Origin: the human T2T-CHM13v2.0 reference genome, Homo sapiens
Strand: one strand, 5' to 3'
DNA length: 64,000 nucleotides
Assembly: GCF_009914755.1 (NCBI RefSeq)
Contig: NC_060930.1
The notes under the pieces are model-generated. The model saw only the letters and a program-made list of their open reading frames with translations. It did no database searches and had not been told where the DNA came from. A program made the position numbers and the translations under genes. Numbering within the stretch: the stretch's first letter is position 1; every line of letters begins with the position of its first letter. Of this stretch, positions 57,960-64,000 are shown piece after piece.

Positions 57960-59426
57960 GCCCCAGGCACCCTCAGTCCTGTTGTTGGATCATCTGGTTG
58001 GGGCTTCTGACCCAGGGAACCTTCATCCTCTGGGGCAGTGCACCTTCCAGTGATTGCCTCGGCATAGTGGACATGGACGAGGGTGCAGCTTATTTCTCAT
58101 TGGACAATGTTTTTTAAAGTGTCCTAGTAAACCACACTGATAATAAGCCCTACCAAGTGATTGGCCTGCTCCATTTTCTGTCCTCTCTGAACCACCAAGA
58201 TTTGTTTGTCTGAGGGACATGACTAAGGCTGCAGCCTTTCTCTGATCTCATTTTTCCTTTTGGGCCTGTTCCTCTTGGTCCCTATTATAGAACACTGAGG
58301 TTGCCAGGTTTAATAATGCCTCTAGATTTTGTTCAAGGCTCAGGGCTTGCTTTTGGAGCTTTCTCCTGATATCTGCGGCTGATTAGGTAATAAACTTATC
58401 TTTTAGAATCAATTGACCCTCGAGTGATTCAGGTGACAGGGGAATATATTTTCTTAAGGCCTCTCATAGCCACTTGAGGAAGGCAGAAGGATTTTCTTCC
58501 TTTCCCTGAGTTATGGTGGACATCATTGAATGGGCTTTTTTCTAATTCTCCTTAGTCCTTCTAGAACACAAGTCAACAGATGTTTACAACTCCAGTCCCC
58601 ATGATCTGAGTCAAGGTCCCAGTGAGGATCCATACTGGGGATGGCTTGCTGACCAGTAGGGAATTTGTCCCTTTCTTCAGCTGTCATTCTGTCATTTACT
58701 TGACTAAGCTACCATGTATCTCCAAACTCTCGGGCTGCAGCTAAAGCTGCATTCTTTTCATTAAAGGCCAGGGTTTGATCTAACAGTAGCATGACATCCC
58801 TCCAAGCGAGGTCAAAGGTTTGCCCTAGACCCTGTAGGACATCTATGTACCTATCAGGATCATCTGAAAACTTCCCCAGGTCTGCCTTGATCTGTTTTAA
58901 ATCAGAGAGGGAGAAGGGGACAGGTACCTGAGTTGGGCCAAATTCCCCTCCCCCTACAGCTTAAAGGGGACATAACCGATAGCCCGGGGGGTTTTGTGGT
59001 CCTTTTGGAGATTTCTTTGCTTATTTCCTTCTGGGCAGGGGAGATTAGAGGAGGATTATCATTAATAGGAAGGGGAGCTACAGGGAGGCTAGGATATGGG
59101 TGTAAGCTGAGAGGTCCTCCTCTGGGATGTAAATTGCAAGCTTTGCATAGTTGTGTATTCTCCCTCAATGAAAAGAAAGCTTGGACATAAGGTATTTCAC
59201 TCCATTTGCCTTCCCTCTTACAGAAAAGATCAAGCTGCAGGATAGTACTGTAATTTGTACTTCTCTCAGGTAGCCATTTTTCCTTATCAGAGAGAGAATA
59301 TTGGGGCCAAGCCGTAGTGCAGAAAAAAATGAGCCACCTCTTTTTCAGGGTTTGTGGGTCAAATTGGTCCCAATGGCTTAGGATACATTTCAAGCGTGAG
59401 CCTGTTGATGCCTGAGTGTTTCCCAT
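57960..59426 (-). pseudogene. ERV9 gag remnant (frameshifted)
   Basis: MGNTQAS... matrix start, LQLDLFC and WSEIPYVQAFF motifs, Zn-knuckle remnants (QCG..GHFKKHC, CPLCRGNHWKVHC). Broken into several ORFs. Confidence 0.9.
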
Positions 59427-60740
59427 CTGAAAGACAAAACCGCCCGTGGTTTTGGTTTATTTTGTTTCTCCCCCTGCCCAAGAATCCACAACGGTCCCTG
59501 GACCCTGCTGATCGGAATAGTTGTGCTCACCAACGCAGCAGCAGAAACAACCCCTGCCCAAGAACCCACAACGGTCCCTGGACCCTGCTGATCGGAATAG
59601 CTGCACTCACCTACGCAGCAGCAGAAACATTAGTTTTCCTCCCAGACCACATGGAGGACCGAGGAAGGTCAGATTTAGTGGCCCTTACTGATGCATCCTT
59701 GAAAACCTGCACCCTTGCCTGTCCTCCTAGACCACAGGGAGGACTGACCGAGAAAAATCGGATTTAGTGGCCCATACCGACGCATTCTTGAAAACCTGTT
59801 AGAGTCCTAAGCATTCTCCTGTTAGTATTGGGATTTTACCCCTTTCCTATAAAGATGTTATGCCCCAAAAATGAAGTGGAGGGCCATACCCTGAGGGAGG
59901 GAAGGGATCTTCAGGGTTGGAAGAGTGACACCTTTTGTCCTCACTTATATGAATAGGAAGGATACAATTTCTGAGGCTCCCCATATCCTAGCTTCAGGAA
60001 TAGCTTTTGTTAGGCCTATTAGTCTGAGGAGGGATCCTAAAATTCCAGGTAGTGCCCACTATGACAGGGCTTTGGGCAAAAATTGTGTCTTTCTGATTGG
60101 TGAGCCTGGGTGCCTAAAGAAGGTAACAGAGTCCTGGAATTTATATTAGAAATCATTCTTATAGGAGAAACTAGAAAAGCACTAGAGACAGGTAGCAATT
60201 TTTAGAAGCAGGTCTAACCTCAGAGAAGAGAGGTGAGAGGAAGTTTGTCTGGCAGGCATTGGGACCCAGGGGGCAAGGGTCAGGATAGATAGTATAGATG
60301 GGCGAGTCTCACTTGGGCGACATGCCTTTGAGAGTTCCGCTCATGGCCGCAGGGTCAACCAACATGTTGTTGGGACCCCAGAGCTGCATGGCTTTCCTCT
60401 CTGTCAACCCTCGGCTCAGCCCAGAAGTAAAGGAAAAGAGGAAGCTGTTTCTAGGCAAATCAACGGTCCCAACTCCAAAGAGTTGGGGGTTGTTAGAGAG
60501 CCCTTTCCTGGAAAGCCTGACACCCATGTCTTTAGTCCAGCGGCCGCGCTAGTCGCTTTCCACTGGCCGACAGGTGCCCGGTATTTAGCCCCTGAATTCT
60601 AAGGAAAGACAGGACAGAAGAGCAATCGAAAGGGGTCCGATGGTACTCACTGCTTGGTGATAGGTGATGGTCTCATCGCTCAGCAATAGGCAATGGTCTC
60701 ACTGCTTGGCGATTGTCTCACCACATGGCGGTAGGCGAAA

Positions 60741-60758
60741 GTCCCTTCGTGGTCACCA
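60741..60758 (-). other. Primer binding site, tRNA-Arg type (TGGTGACCACGAAGGGAC)
   Basis: Lies immediately inside the 5' LTR and is complementary to the recalled 3' end of tRNA-Arg, as expected for ERV9. Confidence 0.8.
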
Positions 60759-60761
60759 ACA

Positions 60762-61158
60762 TGTGTCCGGAATTGGTGGGTTCTTGGTCTCACTGACTTC
60801 CAGAATGAAGCCACGGACCCTCGCGGTGAGTGTTACAGCTCTTAAGGTGGTGCATCTGGAGTTGTTCATTCCTCCCGGTGGGCTCGTGGTCTCTCTGGCT
60901 TCAGGAGTGAAGCTTCAGACCTTCACGGTGAGTGTTACAGCTCATAAAAGCAGTGTGGACCCAAAGAGTGAGCAGTAGCAAGATTTATTGCAAAAAGTGA
61001 AAGAAAAAAGCTTCCACAGTGTGGAAGGGGACCCGAGCGGGTTCCCCCTGCTGGCTCAGGCAGCCTGCTTTTATTCTCTTATCTGGCCCCACCTACATCC
61101 TGCTGGCTGGTAGAGCCAAGTGGTCTGTTTTGACAGGGCGCTGATTGGTGCGTTTACA
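60762..61158 (-). mobile_element. Truncated LTR12 5' LTR (proximal promoter, R and U5 only)
   Basis: Aligns with about 53507-53935 and ends abruptly at ...TTTACA. Confidence 0.9.
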
Positions 61159-61328
61159 ATAAGAAGTCTCCCAACACAGAAAAAGCTGAGGACTGGATGG
61201 ATTAACTGCTGAATTCTACCAAATGTATGCAGAAGAACTAATAACAAGCCTTACAAAAAGTCGAAAGGAAGGAAATTCTCCCTAAGTTATTCTACAATGC
61301 AAGCATTACCCTGGCACCAAAACCAGGC

Positions 61329-61592
61329 AAAAAAAGAAAAGAAAAGAAAAGAGGGAAGGGGAGGAGAGGGGAGGGGGAGAGAAGAAAGAAAGAAGGAACG
61401 AAAGAACAAAAGAATGAAAGAACAAAAGAACAAAAGAATGAAAGAACGAAAGAAAGAAAAAGAAAGGAAGGAAGGAGAGAGAGAGAGGAAGGAAGGAAGG
61501 AAGGGGGGAGGGAGGGAAGGGAGGGAGGGAGGCAAAAAAAAGAAAAGAAAAAGGAAAGGAAGGGGAAGGGAAGAGGAAGGGGAAGGGGGAAA
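61329..61592 (+). repeat. Purine-rich (GA) low-complexity tract inside L1
   Basis: Mixed GAAAA/GGAA/GGGA units, almost free of pyrimidines. Confidence 0.9.
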
Positions 61593-62765
61593 CTACAGGT
61601 CTATATGCCTGATGAACATAAACTCAAAAATCCTCAACAAAATACTGGCAAACTCAATCCAACAGCACATCAAAAAGATAAGACACTATAATCAAGTGGG
61701 ACTTATACTGTGGGTGCAAGGATGGTTCAACATAGGCATATCAATGAATATGAAACATCACATCAACAGAATGAACAAAAACCATATGATCATTTAAATA
61801 GATGCAGAAAAAGCATTTGATAAAATTCAACATGGCTTCATTATTAAAGCTCTCAAAAAACTTGGTGTAGAAAATATACTTCACAATCATAAAGGTCATA
61901 TATAACAAATGCCCAGCTGACATTTTACTAAATAGGAAAAAGTTGAATGCCTTTTCTCTAAGAACTGGAAGAAAATAAGGATGCCCATTTTAACCACTTA
62001 TATTCAACATAGTACTAGAAGTCCTAGCCAGAGCATCAGTCAAAAGAAAGAAATAAAAGGCATCCAAATTGGAAAAGAGCAAGGCAAATTGTTCGCCTTT
62101 GCAGATGACATGATCTTACATTTAGAAAAGCTAAAAGACTACAAAAAAAATTCAAAAATGATAAATTCAGCAAAGTTGCAAGATACAAAATTAACATATT
62201 AAAAACCAGCAGCATTTCTATACACCAATCCTGAAATATCTGAAAAAGAAACCAAGAAGACAATCTCATTTACAATAGCTACAAAAAAAACTAGAAATAA
62301 ATTTAACCTATTAGATAGAAGATATCTACAAGGAAAACTACAAAACACTAATGAAAGTAATTGAAGAGGACACAAACAAATAGAAAGACTAATTCCATGC
62401 TCAAGAATTGGAAAAATTAACACAGTGAAAATGACCACACTGCCCAAAGCAATCTACATATTCAATGCAATCCCTATCAAAATATTAATGTCGCTTTTAT
62501 AGAAACAGAAAAAACAATTCTAAAATTTCTATGAAACTGAAAATGAGCCCAAATAGCCAAAGTAATTCTTAGCAAAAAGGATGAAGCTGGAGGCATCACA
62601 CTACCTGACTTCAAAATATATTACAAGTGTATAGTAACCAAAACAGCATGGTTCTGGTATAAAAATAGACCCATAGACCAATGAAACAGAATAGAAACCC
62701 CAGAAATAAATCTGCATACTTAACGGCCAGCTGATCTTCAACAAAGCCATCAAGAAAATACATTG

Positions 62766-63070
62766 GGCTGGGCGCAGTGGCTCACATCTGTAATCTCAGC
62801 ACTTTGGGAGGCTGAGGAGGATGGATCACAAGGTCAGGGGTTGAAGACCAGCCTGACCAACATGGTGAAACCCCATCTTTACTAAAAATACAAAAAAAAA
62901 AACTAGCTGAGCATGGTGGCAGGTGCCTGTAATCCCAGATATTCAGGAGGCTGAGGCAGGAGAATCACTTGAACTACTGGAGGAGGAGGTTGCAGTGAGC
63001 CGAGACTGCACCACTGCACTCCAGCCTGATGACAGAATGAGACTCCATCTCAAAAAAAAAAAAAAAAAAA
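62766..63070 (+). mobile_element. Alu (AluS-like) inside L1
   Basis: Alu dimer, TSD AAAATACATTG. Confidence 0.92.
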
Positions 63071-64000
63071 TACATTGAAGAAAGGACAGTCTCTTTGATA
63101 GTTGGTGCTGGGAAAACTGGATGACTGTATGCCAAAGAATGAGACTAGACCCCTATCTCTCACCACACACAAAAATAAATTCAGAATAGGTAAAAGACTT
63201 ACAAGTGAGACCTGAAACTATAAAACTACTTGAAGAAAACATAGGAAAAACTCTTCAAGACATTGGTCTATGCAAAGATTTTATAACTAAAACCTCAAAA
63301 GCACAGGCAACAAAAACAACTCAGCAGTAAAAAACCCAAAGCACAAGCAACAAAAACAGCTCAACAATAAAAAATACAATAATGCCATTAAAAAGTGGGC
63401 AAACGACATGAATAGACATTTCTCAAAAGAGACATACAAATGGCCAACAGGTGTATGAAAAAATGCTCAACATCTCTAATCATCAGGGAAATGTCAATCA
63501 AAACCACATCAAAATCACATGAGATGTCCTATTACCCCACTTAGAATGGCTATTGTCAAAAAAACAATAAATAACATGTTGAAGAGAATGTGGAGAAAAA
63601 AGAACTCTTATACACTGTTAGTGGAAACGTAAATTAATATAGCCACTATGGAGAACACAATGGAAGTTTCTTAAAAAAAAAATCAAAAAATAGAACTACC
63701 GTACAATTCAGCCATCCCACTATTGGGTATTTATTCAAAAGGAAGATAATTCAAGGTATCAAAAGGACAAATGTACTCCTATGTTTATTGCAGTACTATT
63801 CACAATAGAAGATATGAAGTCAACCTAAGTGTCCATCAACAGATGACTGGATAAAGAAAATGTGCTATACATACACAATGGAATACACAGAAAGACAAAT
63901 ATTGAATATTCTCACTCATATGTGGGAGCTAAAGAAGTTGATCACATAGAGGTAAAGACAGATATCGCAAACTGGTAAGATTGAGTGGGGGAGGATTAAG

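Larger units (their letters stand above)
53507..61158 (-). mobile_element. HERV9/ERV9 defective provirus with LTR12 termini, inserted in an L1
   Basis: 3' LTR 53507-54926, PPT AGAGGGGGGAT at 54927-54937, gag/pro/pol/env remnants, PBS 60741-60758, truncated 5' LTR 60762-61158, TSD ATAA (53503-53506 and 61159-61162). Confidence 0.95.
52355..64000 (+). mobile_element. Old L1 (L1MA/L1PB-like) ORF2 to 3' UTR, interrupted by two Alus, the ERV9 provirus and a purine tract
   Basis: ORF2-like peptides ([53 protein letters not shown]). The L1 sequence is continuous across the ERV TSD. Confidence 0.9.

Noticed and set aside
59470-59800. Two pairs of direct repeats upstream of gag
   Set aside because: They lie in the ERV9 leader and are most likely family-level structure rather than locus-specific.
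61287-61797. Lys/Arg/Glu-rich 166-aa ORF and its antisense ORF
   Set aside because: Translation of the purine low-complexity tract running into L1 ORF2 debris.

Overview
Primate, very probably human, genomic DNA containing the complete LGSN (lengsin/GLULD1) gene on the minus strand. Four coding exons (47848-47819, 22952-22820, 13652-13486, 9101-7902) join through GT-AG junctions into a 509-aa catalytically dead class I glutamine synthetase homologue, with a TATA box upstream and an AATAAA signal downstream. The rest of the window is mostly transposon-derived: a solo LTR12 downstream of the gene, an ERV9/LTR12 provirus upstream inside an L1, a MER57 provirus and a full-length HSMAR2 mariner in intron 1, about 17 Alus, and MaLR, MIR, L2 and L1 fragments. 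The most notable observation is in intron 2. A 189-nt phase 1-1 exon (21763-21575), matching the extra N-terminal exon of other mammalian lengsins, still has an open frame and good splice sites. It is bracketed by an inverted Alu pair and carries a duplicated/triplicated 5' splice site, which suggests a specific mechanism for its silencing. Repeat subfamily names and ortholog sequences are from recall of consensus sequences, not from a search.
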